36,912 nt of DNA, from contig JBOFUV010000113.1 of NCBI GenBank assembly GCA_051652765.1, positions 1-36,912 on the forward strand. The letters are read 5' to 3'. The position numbers and the translations under genes are program-made. This document shows, in pieces, positions 18,418 through 27,972 of the stretch. This stretch comes from Microcoleaceae cyanobacterium. Lineage in GTDB: Bacteria > Cyanobacteriota > Cyanobacteriia > Cyanobacteriales > Microcoleaceae. How positions within the stretch are numbered: the first letter of the stretch is position 1; every line of letters begins with the position of its first letter. The notes under the pieces were generated by a model. It was not told where the DNA came from, did no database searches, and saw only the letters and a program-made list of their open reading frames with translations.

Positions 18418-19239
18418 TTAACCATTTGCCACTAATTTTTCTTCCAGCCAATTCATCCATCCGCCTTTATACGGCTCAGAAATTCTCTGGATGATTGCTT
18501 CAGAGTAGTCGCAGCCCCGAAAGCTAATAATGTTACCGTAGATCGCATTGGCTGCAAAAATAGCATTAGGATCAAGATCAAGTGATTGCAGATCAAGGAT
18601 TTTGATTTGGGCATCATAGGCATAGTCAATCAGAATACTAAACCCATAGCCACACTCCTGCAAAGTTTTCAAGCAAGTCATGGTTCCCTGCAAGAACTTG
18701 GGAGACCATCCTTTGCTGCCTCGATGACGACTCCCGCCACCGCCATACTCAAACATCGTCAAGGTAGGCAATTGAGCCGGAGGCAAATCTGTAAATTGCT
18801 GGATGACCACTGATTCCCAGCCTTCAATATCCAGTTTCAGACAGGTTACGGTTGAGGCCGCAGTCATTCGCAGCAATTCGGCCAAGTCCAGGGTAGGAAC
18901 CTGTTTTGTCTCCGCAGAGGAACCAAACCACTCCGCCTCTAAAGAGTTAAAGTTTTGGTTGGAAAGACGCGCAAATCGCCCGACATGTAGGGGTTGAGTC
19001 CCGTTCCGATCAGATAGGCAGTACTCCAATAGCCGAATCGAACGGCGCTGACAAATCCGCCGCAACTTAGGCACAGGCAACGGCTCTATGGCAAAGGTCG
19101 AAAATCCCAACTGGGAAAATAATTCACAATAGAATGCAAATGTCCCTACTCCCACATCCAGACAAAATCCATTGCGATTGGGATCAATATCAGGCAGAAT
19201 TTGCTTTAGAAGAGCTTGGCAGCAAGGTTCAACACGCAT
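18418..19239 (-). CDS. FkbM family SAM-dependent methyltransferase
   Basis: CLDVGVG, FAIEPLP, LSDRNG, CLKLDIEGWE motifs. Confidence 0.85.
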   Translation of the reverse strand: MRVEPCCQALLKQILPDIDPNRNGFCLDVGVGTFAFYCELFSQLGFSTFAIEPLPVPKLRRICQRRSIRLLEYCLSDRNGTQPLHVGRFARLSNQNFNSLEAEWFGSSAETKQVPTLDLAELLRMTAASTVTCLKLDIEGWESVVIQQFTDLPPAQLPTLTMFEYGGGGSRHRGSKGWSPKFLQGTMTCLKTLQECGYGFSILIDYAYDAQIKILDLQSLDLDPNAIFAANAIYGNIISFRGCDYSEAIIQRISEPYKGGWMNWLEEKLVANG

Positions 19240-19285
19240 AAAGATTTCTAGAGTGAAACTCTCTAAATATTAAACATTAAACGTT

Positions 19286-22200
19286 TTAAATGCTGAAATA
19301 TTTTGCAACTGGATGGTAAGTCACAATTGCTGAGGTCGATTGTTCAGGGTAAAGCTGCTCACTCTCATCCATATACATTCCAATTCGATCTACTTTTAAC
19401 AGATCCATTTGTTTGTATTGATCCTGCATATTTGGGCAAGCTGGATAACCGAAACTGTACCGAGAACCGCGATAGCGTTGCTTTAAAATATCCCGAACAT
19501 TGCCTGCATCCTCATTCCCAAACCCAAGTTCTTTCCGAATCCGGGCGTGTAACCATTCTGCCATAGCCTCGGCAGTTTGAACTGCCATACCGTGGAAATA
19601 CAAATAGTTGGTGTAATCGTTATTTGCAAATAGTTTCTGAGCGTATTCTGTGGCAACTTCTCCTACGGTGACGGCGTGCATTGGGAATACGTCAATCTGA
19701 CCCGTTGCTTGAGGCGCAAAAAAGTCTGCAATACAGAGCCTTCGTCCTGAGGCTTGGCGAGGAAATTCAAAGGAGGTTATCGGTTGAGTCAATTGAATTT
19801 CAGCTTGAACAGCTTCCGGGTTATAAATGAACAATGTGTTCCCCTCTGTCTGACAGGGAAAGTAACCATAAATCGCTTGAGGACGGAGCAAGTTTTCCTC
19901 AAGAATGCGTTGTTTCCACTCAGCTAAAATGGGATGAACAGTTTCCTGTAAAAAAGCATCATAGACTTCACGAGATTGATCTTTTGGCTTGCGAAATTGC
20001 CACTGCCCAACGAACAATGCCTGCAAATCAAAGTACCAAAATACCTCTTCTAAAGGAATATCTTCCGGCTGTAAAATTTGCGTTCCCCAAAATGGCGGTG
20101 TTGGACGTTCAATATTAATATCAACTGCTTCTGAACGCTTTGTATCAGCCACTTTTGGTATCGCAGGTTCAGTTGCTCCAATGGTTACTTCTGCTGCTAG
20201 GGGCGTATCCAAGGCAATATCTGAATGACCGTGATTAGAAGAACCATTTTTCTCAGTTAGCTCATCCAGAAATCCTTGCAAATCATCCCATTTCCCGTTG
20301 GTTTTTGCAGGCATTAACTTGTCCATAAAATGCAGATCTGAGAAGGCATCTTTGCCATAAACAACCTGACCCTTGTAGGCGTTCTGACAATCATCATGGA
20401 CAAACTTTGGAGTTAAGGCCGCACCCCCCAAAATAACAGGAACAGTAATGCCTTCTTGGTTGAACGTTTCTAAGTTCTCCTTCATAAACGCAGTCGATTT
20501 GACTAATAAACCACTCATGGCAATACAATCTGCCTGATGTTCACGATAGGCCGAAATAATGTGATCAACAGGTTGCTTAATTCCTAGATTAACAACTTTA
20601 TAGCCGTTGTTTGACAAGATAATATCAACTAGGTTTTTTCCAATGTCATGAACATCCCCTTTCACGGTGGCAATTACAAAGGTTCCCTTGGAATTATTTC
20701 CGGCTTCATTTTTCTCCAGATAGGGCTCTAAATAAGCAACGGCTGCTTTCATAGTTTGGGCAGATTGCAACACAAATGGTAGCTGCATTTGCCCTGAACC
20801 GAACAATTCTCCTACCACTTTCATGCCATCTAGCAAGAACACATTGATGATATCGAGGGGGGGATGACTTTCTAATGCCTTCGCTAGAGCGTCTTCCAAC
20901 CCAATCCGTTCACCATCGATAATATGCTGCCTTAATTGCTCTTCAATGGGTAGAGTTGCGGTTAAGCTCTTATCTTTCTTGGCGGTTTTCCCTTCAAATA
21001 ATGTCGTCAATTCCGCCAAGGGATCGTAGATGCAAACATCCCCATCAAATTCCCGTTGGTCATAGATTAACTTGCGACAGATTTCTTGATGGTCGGGTTC
21101 GATTTTTGCTAAGGGTAAAATCTTGCTGGCACTTACAATCGCTGAGTCTAAGCCAACTGCCATTGCTTCATGGAGAAACACAGAATTCAACACCTGGCGG
21201 GCAACAGGATTTAAACCAAAAGAAACATTAGAAACCCCTAGGATCACATGACATCCCGGCAGTTCTTCCCGAATTTGCCGAATAGATTCAATTGTGGCTT
21301 TGCCATTCTCTCGATCCTCTTCAATTCCTGTAGAAATCGGTAAGGCTAAGTTGTCAAAAAAGAGTTCTTCTGCCGGAATTCCAAACTCAATCACAGCATC
21401 ATAGGCGCGCTTGGCGATCGCAAACTTTTTCTCCGCCGTTCGAGCCATGCCGTCTTCATCAATGGTGCCGACAACAATCCCAGCTCCATATTTTTTTGCC
21501 AATTCTAATACTTTGCGAAACCGGGGTTCTCCATCTTCGTAATTGGTTGAGTTTAGTAAACATTTTCCCCCAGCAACTTTTAACCCAGCTTCCATTTTTT
21601 CCCATTCAGTGGAATCCAACATTAGAGGCAAGTTGACATTAGTGACTAGCCGGGAAACCAACTCGTGCATGTCTTTTACCCCATCTCGACCCACATAATC
21701 TACGTTGACATCGAGGATTTGTGCTCCTTCTTTGACCTGGGATTTTGCCAGGGCGACTAACCCATCCCAATCTTCTTGGTTCAGTAAATCTCGGCATTTT
21801 TTAGACCCGCTAGCGTTCAATCTTTCCCCAACAATTAAAAAAGAATTCTCCTGTTCATAGGTCTGGGAACTGTAGATCGAAGCAGCACTCGGAATATAGT
21901 AAGGCTGACGCTCTTTTGGACTTAGGGTTTGGGCAATTTCAGCTAATGCTTTGATGTGATCAGGACGAGTTCCGCAACACCCTCCAATCACCTGCACACC
22001 CAAGTCTTCTACAAAGTGCATCAACGCCATTTTCAACTCCGTTGGTGTTAATTTATAGTGGGCTTGTCCTCCAACATTTTCAGGTAAGCCTGCGTTGGGA
22101 ACACAGGAAACAACGAAAGGAGAATTCTCGGATAAATATTGAATATGTTCCTTCATTAAATCTGGGCCAGTTGCACAATTTAGCCCCAGAATATCAATCG

Positions 22201-22858
22201 GATAGGGTTTTAAAATAGTCAAAGCTGCGTTAATTTCAGACCCGACTAACATGGTACCAAAAGATTCCATTGTTACAGAAACCATGATCGGACGGCGTTC
22301 CCCTTTCTGCCTAAAAACAGTCTCAATCCCGTTTAGGGCTGCCTTAATTTGCAACACATCCTGACAGGTTTCAACGATAAATAAATCAACTCCGCCATCG
22401 AACAGTCCTGTGGCCTGTTCGGTGAATGCTTCCTCTAAAGTGTCGTAGTGAATGTGCCCCAAAGTGGGTAATTTTGTTCCTGGCCCCATGGAACCTGCCA
22501 CAAACCGGGGTTTTTCTGGTGTCGAAAACTCCGCTGCTACTCCCTTGGCCAGTTCTGCTGCGGTTTTGTTGAGGGAATAGGCTTGATCCGCTAAGTCGTA
22601 TTCTGCCAGTACTACGGAGATTCCGCCGAAGGTGTCAGTTTCGATCACGTCGGCTCCTGCCGCCAAAAAGTCCCGATGTACCGTGGCTACTGCTTCCGGC
22701 TTCGTATGCACCAAATATTCATTACAGCCTTCGTACTCTTTCCCGCCAAAGTCGTCCGCCGTCAGGTTCTGAACTTGCAGGTTTGTACCCATGGCACCAT
22801 CAAACACGATCACGGGACGTTCGGGACTGTGGAGACGTTCAAGAAAGAGACTTTTCAT
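19286..22858 (-). CDS. metH: Cobalamin-dependent methionine synthase
   Basis: [42 protein letters not shown] (B12-binding DxHxxG), [17 protein letters not shown] 22858 (ORF track start 22864). Confidence 0.98.
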   Translation of the reverse strand: MKSLFLERLHSPERPVIVFDGAMGTNLQVQNLTADDFGGKEYEGCNEYLVHTKPEAVATVHRDFLAAGADVIETDTFGGISVVLAEYDLADQAYSLNKTAAELAKGVAAEFSTPEKPRFVAGSMGPGTKLPTLGHIHYDTLEEAFTEQATGLFDGGVDLFIVETCQDVLQIKAALNGIETVFRQKGERRPIMVSVTMESFGTMLVGSEINAALTILKPYPIDILGLNCATGPDLMKEHIQYLSENSPFVVSCVPNAGLPENVGGQAHYKLTPTELKMALMHFVEDLGVQVIGGCCGTRPDHIKALAEIAQTLSPKERQPYYIPSAASIYSSQTYEQENSFLIVGERLNASGSKKCRDLLNQEDWDGLVALAKSQVKEGAQILDVNVDYVGRDGVKDMHELVSRLVTNVNLPLMLDSTEWEKMEAGLKVAGGKCLLNSTNYEDGEPRFRKVLELAKKYGAGIVVGTIDEDGMARTAEKKFAIAKRAYDAVIEFGIPAEELFFDNLALPISTGIEEDRENGKATIESIRQIREELPGCHVILGVSNVSFGLNPVARQVLNSVFLHEAMAVGLDSAIVSASKILPLAKIEPDHQEICRKLIYDQREFDGDVCIYDPLAELTTLFEGKTAKKDKSLTATLPIEEQLRQHIIDGERIGLEDALAKALESHPPLDIINVFLLDGMKVVGELFGSGQMQLPFVLQSAQTMKAAVAYLEPYLEKNEAGNNSKGTFVIATVKGDVHDIGKNLVDIILSNNGYKVVNLGIKQPVDHIISAYREHQADCIAMSGLLVKSTAFMKENLETFNQEGITVPVILGGAALTPKFVHDDCQNAYKGQVVYGKDAFSDLHFMDKLMPAKTNGKWDDLQGFLDELTEKNGSSNHGHSDIALDTPLAAEVTIGATEPAIPKVADTKRSEAVDINIERPTPPFWGTQILQPEDIPLEEVFWYFDLQALFVGQWQFRKPKDQSREVYDAFLQETVHPILAEWKQRILEENLLRPQAIYGYFPCQTEGNTLFIYNPEAVQAEIQLTQPITSFEFPRQASGRRLCIADFFAPQATGQIDVFPMHAVTVGEVATEYAQKLFANNDYTNYLYFHGMAVQTAEAMAEWLHARIRKELGFGNEDAGNVRDILKQRYRGSRYSFGYPACPNMQDQYKQMDLLKVDRIGMYMDESEQLYPEQSTSAIVTYHPVAKYFSI

Positions 22859-22934
22859 AATCAATCGACAGAACCACTTTAAGATTACAAAATCAACAAC
22901 TTTAGCTTTATCTAACTATATCTATAGTGCTGGT

Positions 22935-22963
22935 ATTCTAACGTGAACAGATGACGCAGTAAA
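22935..22963 (-). promoter_or_regulatory. Candidate sigma70-type promoter for metH
   Basis: Minus strand TTTACT-17 nt-TAGAAT, about 77 nt upstream of the ATG; motif match only. Confidence 0.35.
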
Positions 22964-23313
22964 AGCGCATAACAGTCAAGGTTTTACAGAAACTTTACAA
23001 ACCCGACTGCCTTAGGAAAGACCTATTGCCAAACCAGATTAGTAAACGTTCTTGTTGAAACGGTCAGGCTACCCTGGGGAATCACCATGACGAGAAGGTT
23101 TAGGAGTGTCCAAATCGGATTTTTCTGACGTTCAGCTTTGAGGCGCTGAGCCGAACGACACTCCCGACCCGCCAAGGACTCTGTGATAGAATTGAGGTAA
23201 CATTTTTTGAATTTTGGGTGGTCATCAACCACCCTATTCTTTTTTAGGTGCTTTTGGCTAGACCTTCCTCTGGCACAGCTTTTTAACACCCTTGTCACCT
23301 TTTAAGCTCATGT

Positions 23314-23520
23314 TCATTCAATTACCAGCTTTGTCAAGAATTGATCCGTGAGTGCGATCGCCTCTTCCATCGGTTCATCATCTGGAACCTCACTACCATA
23401 CTGAGCCAGTGCAGATTGAAGTGGGTCGGGACGAGAACGGTAACGAGGATACTGGGTTTCAGCCCTGTGTTCTCACGCTAACCTTCCAAGTCGTGTTCCT
23501 GACAGTTGTCGGGAAAGCTC
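23314..23520 (-). pseudogene. Possible C-terminal remnant of an unidentified gene
   Basis: Frame reads ELSRQLSGTRLGRLA*EHRAETQYPRYRSRPDPLQSALAQYGSEVPDDEPMEEAIALTDQFLTKLVIE*; one internal stop, no start, contains a HIP1 site. Confidence 0.25.
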
Positions 23521-23524
23521 TAAA

Positions 23525-24310
23525 CTATTGGCAAAGTTCCTCAATCGTTTTTTGGATCACCTGTTTCAACTCTGCCGAAGGCTGCTCAACCGACAAGACT
23601 TCTTGCCAGAATTCTAACCAGAGTTTCTGACTGGCAAAGTAGTCAGCCCGCCGCAATTTTGCTGCATCCCCTGTGATGTTATTGGCTGCAAGTTCCTGCT
23701 CTAATTTTTGCAATGCTTGAGTTACAGCATTTCGTTCCTCAGGAGTCATTACCTTGAACTGAATTGGACGGTAGGCAATAGGCGGATTGGTGGAAACATG
23801 AAGCCCATAGGTTTGACCCGGCTTGAGCGCAGTTTCAACCTTGACCTGATAGATTTTCAGTGGATTATTGGCTTCGGTTTGAATCTTTAAATCCACCTGA
23901 TCTTCAGCAGAAATCGTCTGATTCCAGACAACTGTTCCTGTTCCCTGCTCTCGAATTTCAACTTTAGCCAGGTTTCCAATCCAGGTTAATGTGAGGCGAT
24001 CGCGCCAAACTCTTCCCACCTCTGAAAGTTGATAAGGGGCAACTGGACAAAATCCATCGCCTTTGCCACCGCCTTCTGAACCCCCAATTGGGGGTTCGCT
24101 CGTGGGAAATCTTCTGCGCCAGAACTGTCCGCCACCTTCTGAACCACCGGTTAAAGGTTCATCACGACTGAGCAATAATTTGTGCCATTGCTGCGTTAAG
24201 ATGATGTGTGGAAAAACTTCAGCTTGGGCAATCACCGGAATCATTGCAGACAGCAGAGTACAAGATACACAAACCATTTGAGCCAGGATATTGAGTGGGT
24301 AGAGTTTCAT
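23525..24310 (-). CDS. Secreted protein, DUF928-like, with duplicated GGSEGGG motif
   Basis: Signal-peptide-like N-terminus ending AQA; Gly-rich motif followed by Cys; LKPGQTY beta region; helical tail ADYFASQKLW; lies just after the CHASE2 gene. Confidence 0.6.
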   Translation of the reverse strand: MKLYPLNILAQMVCVSCTLLSAMIPVIAQAEVFPHIILTQQWHKLLLSRDEPLTGGSEGGGQFWRRRFPTSEPPIGGSEGGGKGDGFCPVAPYQLSEVGRVWRDRLTLTWIGNLAKVEIREQGTGTVVWNQTISAEDQVDLKIQTEANNPLKIYQVKVETALKPGQTYGLHVSTNPPIAYRPIQFKVMTPEERNAVTQALQKLEQELAANNITGDAAKLRRADYFASQKLWLEFWQEVLSVEQPSAELKQVIQKTIEELCQ

Positions 24311-24347
24311 GAAAGTTCACCCCTTGAGGTTAGGTTGACTAGTATAT

Positions 24348-26741
24348 TTATTGCTTGGCAATTGGTCTACGAATCAAAGTTGGCAAGATATAAATCCAAA
24401 CAATTATGACTGGAATTAAGATGGGTAATAGAATTAACGCTGAAACATAAAGTTGCAAACCAATTAATCCATAGATCAGGGTTCCTCCAATCAGAAAATA
24501 CAAAACTTTTTTGAGGGTTGGTTTGTGTTGAGCCAAGCTTACGGCAGTGACTTTCCCAGCTAATGCAAACAACCAAAGCATCCATAAATCTGGAATGGGC
24601 ATAATCGGTTTCTGCTTCAGAAAATGATGGAAGAGATAAGCATGAACTTCACCCCCCAGCAAAACCTGACAGGTTTGCCGAGGATTCTGCCGCTGTTGCC
24701 AATAGCAAAATCCGGGTGGTGCAGGTAAATTATCTTCACCCGATTGGTTTAAGCCTGCATTGCTGTATCCGCCAGGAATAATCATCATCATAGGTTGCTG
24801 ATACTGTTGCTGAAGACGTTCGGGTGGAGTGTTGAGGAATTTCTGGGCTGAAATACTGCGATAAACTCGCTCAGATGGAATTGAAAAATCTACAATTGGG
24901 TGCAGCCAAAACTGGTAAAGCCCATAGGCAGCAATGCTGAGAGGAGAAGGATACATCCAGTTGGCAGAGAGGTAATGAGTCAGTTGGGCTGGATTTTGTT
25001 GTTGCAGATCGGTTTCCACTTTTCCAGCTTGATAAGTCAGCGCCAAGAGGTAACTCAGGGGCAGAGGACGTTCTTCTTTGGTCAGAGGTAGAAGGGTTGC
25101 ATAGCGTCCTTTTCTCCACAGGCGGATATCCCCTTGCCATTCTCGCTCAGCAAACTTCGGCAATGTCCAGAGCCGTTTATCCTGTTGATTGCGGGTGGTG
25201 GCGAAGATGTAGGAGGAATCCGAATTATTTCTAGCGGAATTGAGTGAAGCTTCTAATACTGGATCTTCCTCGGGTTCAACCGTTTTTAAGGCATAGTCAA
25301 TACCCACGACATCATAATTCAGTAGAGCAGCATGATCAATTAACTGAGCCAGATATTTCCGACTGATCAAGGGGTCGGGAAAACCAATATCTGTTAGAGA
25401 TTCATCGTCAATTTTGACCAGCAACAGTGACGGGTCAGTTTGAGGAACCTGCCTCGTGAGATTGCGATAGGCAGCTTGGGTTTTAACCCGTTGGTCGAGG
25501 AGGTGATACTGAACCGACAGTTGCCAACTCAAAATTGATAGGGTTACCAGGGCCGCAACTTCGTACCATTTTGGTTTGAAGATTTGTTTAAAAAATTCTC
25601 GCCAGCCCGATGGTTTGAGGTGGAAGCATTGAGTGTTGGGATAGCGGAAGAGAGAGGGGATTAAATGGGCGGAAGGATAGGTGAAGGACTTATCAACCTT
25701 GAGGAATTTGCAAGCGGCGATTAGAGATTCCTGAACATTTTTATATGCGGCCAAGTTTTGCAGGAATTGCAGTAGAAATTCCTGGGCAACTCGGTTGTGA
25801 ATTGGTTCGCGCATTACCGCTACCTGACTCAATCCCAGATCGATCAGAGATTCAGCAATCTTCAATCCATTGCAGGAATTGAACAGGGCAAATTGCAAGC
25901 CTCGGTTTTTGGCAATTTCTAATTGATAGGCAATCTCACTAATTTGTAGAAACTCTCCTGGAGCAATGCCCAACTCTCCTCCCGTCATCTGGGTCTCGTT
26001 GCTGTGTCCGGCAAAGAACAATACATCCCAACCTGATTCATCGGTAATGGCTTGTTTGATGTCAGTTTCCAATTTTGCAGTGGATTTTCCAGGTTTCCAT
26101 CCGACCGCTTCAACGATGGCAACCGGTTTGAGTTTAGATTGCAGTGCCACCAAATCCTGCTGAAAATCTTGATTACTATCCTGACCGATAATTGCCAGAA
26201 TTCTAGGACGTGATCGCTCTACCGTTGGTGCAGGCGCTGACTTGCGCTGACTCGGAATACGAATAATTTTAGGTGGGTCAAAGATGGCAAAGTCATTGCT
26301 AATTTCCCAGGATTCCCAGGGGAGTTTTGCCAGTTCAGTGGTGCTACAACTCAGGAACAGATCAACCGATTCCTGGGGAGATTGTTGGCGACAGACTCCA
26401 GCAATTTTGGCTCGAATGTCAAACAACTGCTGATTCCGGAGCCATTGATTGAATTCATACAACAGTTGGGTTTCGGCATTCACCAAGCACCCTTTCCAAT
26501 CCGTAGTGAGAGAGGCAATCATGCCACTGCCTCCCTTTCTGCCCCGAAAGTTGTTGTCTGTTTCCTCCAAGCTTAAATGGGGTTGGTTTTGATAGAAGTT
26601 GATGTAAGCGATGCGCCACTGTTGATAGAGATCAATCACGGTCAGAGGAAATGGTGTTTGAGCCTCAAGCCGTTGCCCCTCTTCCCCGGAAAGCTCAAAC
26701 AGACAGGATTGCTCGAAATGTCGAATGTGCAGTTGCAGCAT
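24348..26741 (-). CDS. CHAT (caspase/HetF-like peptidase) - TM - CHASE2 sensor membrane protein
   Basis: LAKLPWESW, WDVLFFAGHS (His) and ALFNSCNG (Cys) dyad, VAVMREPI; TM; LLVKIDDESL, SRKYLAQLI, VVGIDY, GGEVHAY; three C-terminal TMs. Confidence 0.88.
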   Translation of the reverse strand: MLQLHIRHFEQSCLFELSGEEGQRLEAQTPFPLTVIDLYQQWRIAYINFYQNQPHLSLEETDNNFRGRKGGSGMIASLTTDWKGCLVNAETQLLYEFNQWLRNQQLFDIRAKIAGVCRQQSPQESVDLFLSCSTTELAKLPWESWEISNDFAIFDPPKIIRIPSQRKSAPAPTVERSRPRILAIIGQDSNQDFQQDLVALQSKLKPVAIVEAVGWKPGKSTAKLETDIKQAITDESGWDVLFFAGHSNETQMTGGELGIAPGEFLQISEIAYQLEIAKNRGLQFALFNSCNGLKIAESLIDLGLSQVAVMREPIHNRVAQEFLLQFLQNLAAYKNVQESLIAACKFLKVDKSFTYPSAHLIPSLFRYPNTQCFHLKPSGWREFFKQIFKPKWYEVAALVTLSILSWQLSVQYHLLDQRVKTQAAYRNLTRQVPQTDPSLLLVKIDDESLTDIGFPDPLISRKYLAQLIDHAALLNYDVVGIDYALKTVEPEEDPVLEASLNSARNNSDSSYIFATTRNQQDKRLWTLPKFAEREWQGDIRLWRKGRYATLLPLTKEERPLPLSYLLALTYQAGKVETDLQQQNPAQLTHYLSANWMYPSPLSIAAYGLYQFWLHPIVDFSIPSERVYRSISAQKFLNTPPERLQQQYQQPMMMIIPGGYSNAGLNQSGEDNLPAPPGFCYWQQRQNPRQTCQVLLGGEVHAYLFHHFLKQKPIMPIPDLWMLWLFALAGKVTAVSLAQHKPTLKKVLYFLIGGTLIYGLIGLQLYVSALILLPILIPVIIVWIYILPTLIRRPIAKQ

Positions 26742-26746
26742 GATAA

Positions 26747-27928
26747 CTATTTCATGAAAGTGAAGGGTGGCAAAGTGACGGCAGTTGCATTGGGGAAGTT
26801 GATGGTGACAAAAAACTGCTCGTTGTAGTCGCCAATCACGCGGGTGTAGAGGTATTCCTGGGTTGGATCGCTCAGAATCGGATCTTCCAACACCTGTAAT
26901 TCATCTCGAACTTGCAGTTGCGTTCCCTGAGGTAAACGCGAACCAGGTTGAGCCGCCAGCAACAGTAACAGTGACCATTCGGAAGTGTTCGTTTCCACTT
27001 CCCAGGTGGTAACAAATAACCGCAGATTAATCTCACTCCAGGTAAAGTCGCGATAAGCTGTTCGAGCAGTTAGGGGAATCACTAACTGAGCCCTATTTCT
27101 TAGCTGTGCTGCTACATCGGTAAATAATTCCATTGGGCTTCTTGCATCTCGAAAGACATCACCATAGGCGAGGGACGGCAGCAACATCCAGGACAATTCT
27201 TCAACAATCTGATTCGCCTGAGCCCTCAACCAGTTCCCAACATTCACCACAGTTTGAGTCAGTTCCGGCTGAAGTGGAACCACCTCTGACTGATTCCTAA
27301 CATCTGATACCTGAAGACTAACCGCTTCTGGTTCCAAACATCGCAAATACAATAACAATTGATCTGGATTTAACTCAAACCAATCGGTGGATAACAATGC
27401 CAATTCTTCATTTAGAATGATGGGATTATGTTGATTGATTTGGTGGACAGGGAGATATCCCAGAATCGAAATATTCACCTGTTCTTCAGAGCTTTCAGTT
27501 ACGGCCAGATCTTCTAATACCTCCACCAGAACATAAAATTCATCAGGTCGATTAGAATTTTCGAGCAAGGTTCTAGTAACCCGAACTTCAGGATCAATTG
27601 AGTCGTCAGTAACAACTAAATTGAGTTTGAAATGACCAATTTGCAATTGATCAATCGGTGGAGTCAATTGCTCAATTGAATGGGCAAGGAATTCAGGTTC
27701 TCGCATCAGTTCGGGGGCACGTTGATGTAACCATTCTAGAGTTCCAAGTCTAGCCAGGATCTCCAGATAAATCTGCCATTGGTTTCGAGGATGAGCGGCT
27801 AGGGTTTGGCTACGTTTTGCTGCTCGATGCCGCTGCTCTAAGTTCAGAACAATGCTATCTTGACTCAGGAACTTTCCGGAGTTGATGTTGTCATATTCCA
27901 TCGGGATGGTGTTAATAGGGCTGCTCAT
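26747..27928 (-). CDS. DUF1822 family protein
   Basis: QWQIYL..LA, FYVLVEV, ILGY, VNVGNWL...LSW, and a C-terminal beta domain LPQGTQLQV.D...YLYTRVIGDYNEQFFVTI; ATG 27928 (ORF track start 27988). Confidence 0.75.
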   Translation of the reverse strand: MSSPINTIPMEYDNINSGKFLSQDSIVLNLEQRHRAAKRSQTLAAHPRNQWQIYLEILARLGTLEWLHQRAPELMREPEFLAHSIEQLTPPIDQLQIGHFKLNLVVTDDSIDPEVRVTRTLLENSNRPDEFYVLVEVLEDLAVTESSEEQVNISILGYLPVHQINQHNPIILNEELALLSTDWFELNPDQLLLYLRCLEPEAVSLQVSDVRNQSEVVPLQPELTQTVVNVGNWLRAQANQIVEELSWMLLPSLAYGDVFRDARSPMELFTDVAAQLRNRAQLVIPLTARTAYRDFTWSEINLRLFVTTWEVETNTSEWSLLLLLAAQPGSRLPQGTQLQVRDELQVLEDPILSDPTQEYLYTRVIGDYNEQFFVTINFPNATAVTLPPFTFMK

Positions 27929-27972
27929 AATCTTATGCTCCGAATTTCTGATTAAAAAAACGCTACAAATTA

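Noticed and set aside
18164..18460. 98-aa minus-strand ORF
   Set aside because: Overlaps both neighbours and runs through a dispersed repeat between convergent genes.
22983..23001. TTTACA-N5-TTTACA direct repeat resembling an HLR1/RpaB site
   Set aside because: Period is 11 bp rather than the 10 bp of HLR1 and the first half-site deviates.
23023..23298. 91-aa minus-strand ORF
   Set aside because: No recognisable motifs, weak start, and it overlaps a structured or repeat-like segment.
22865..23300. Cobalamin or SAM riboswitch upstream of metH
   Set aside because: No B12-box or SAM-I/II consensus could be recognised; only the unassigned structure reported in findings.
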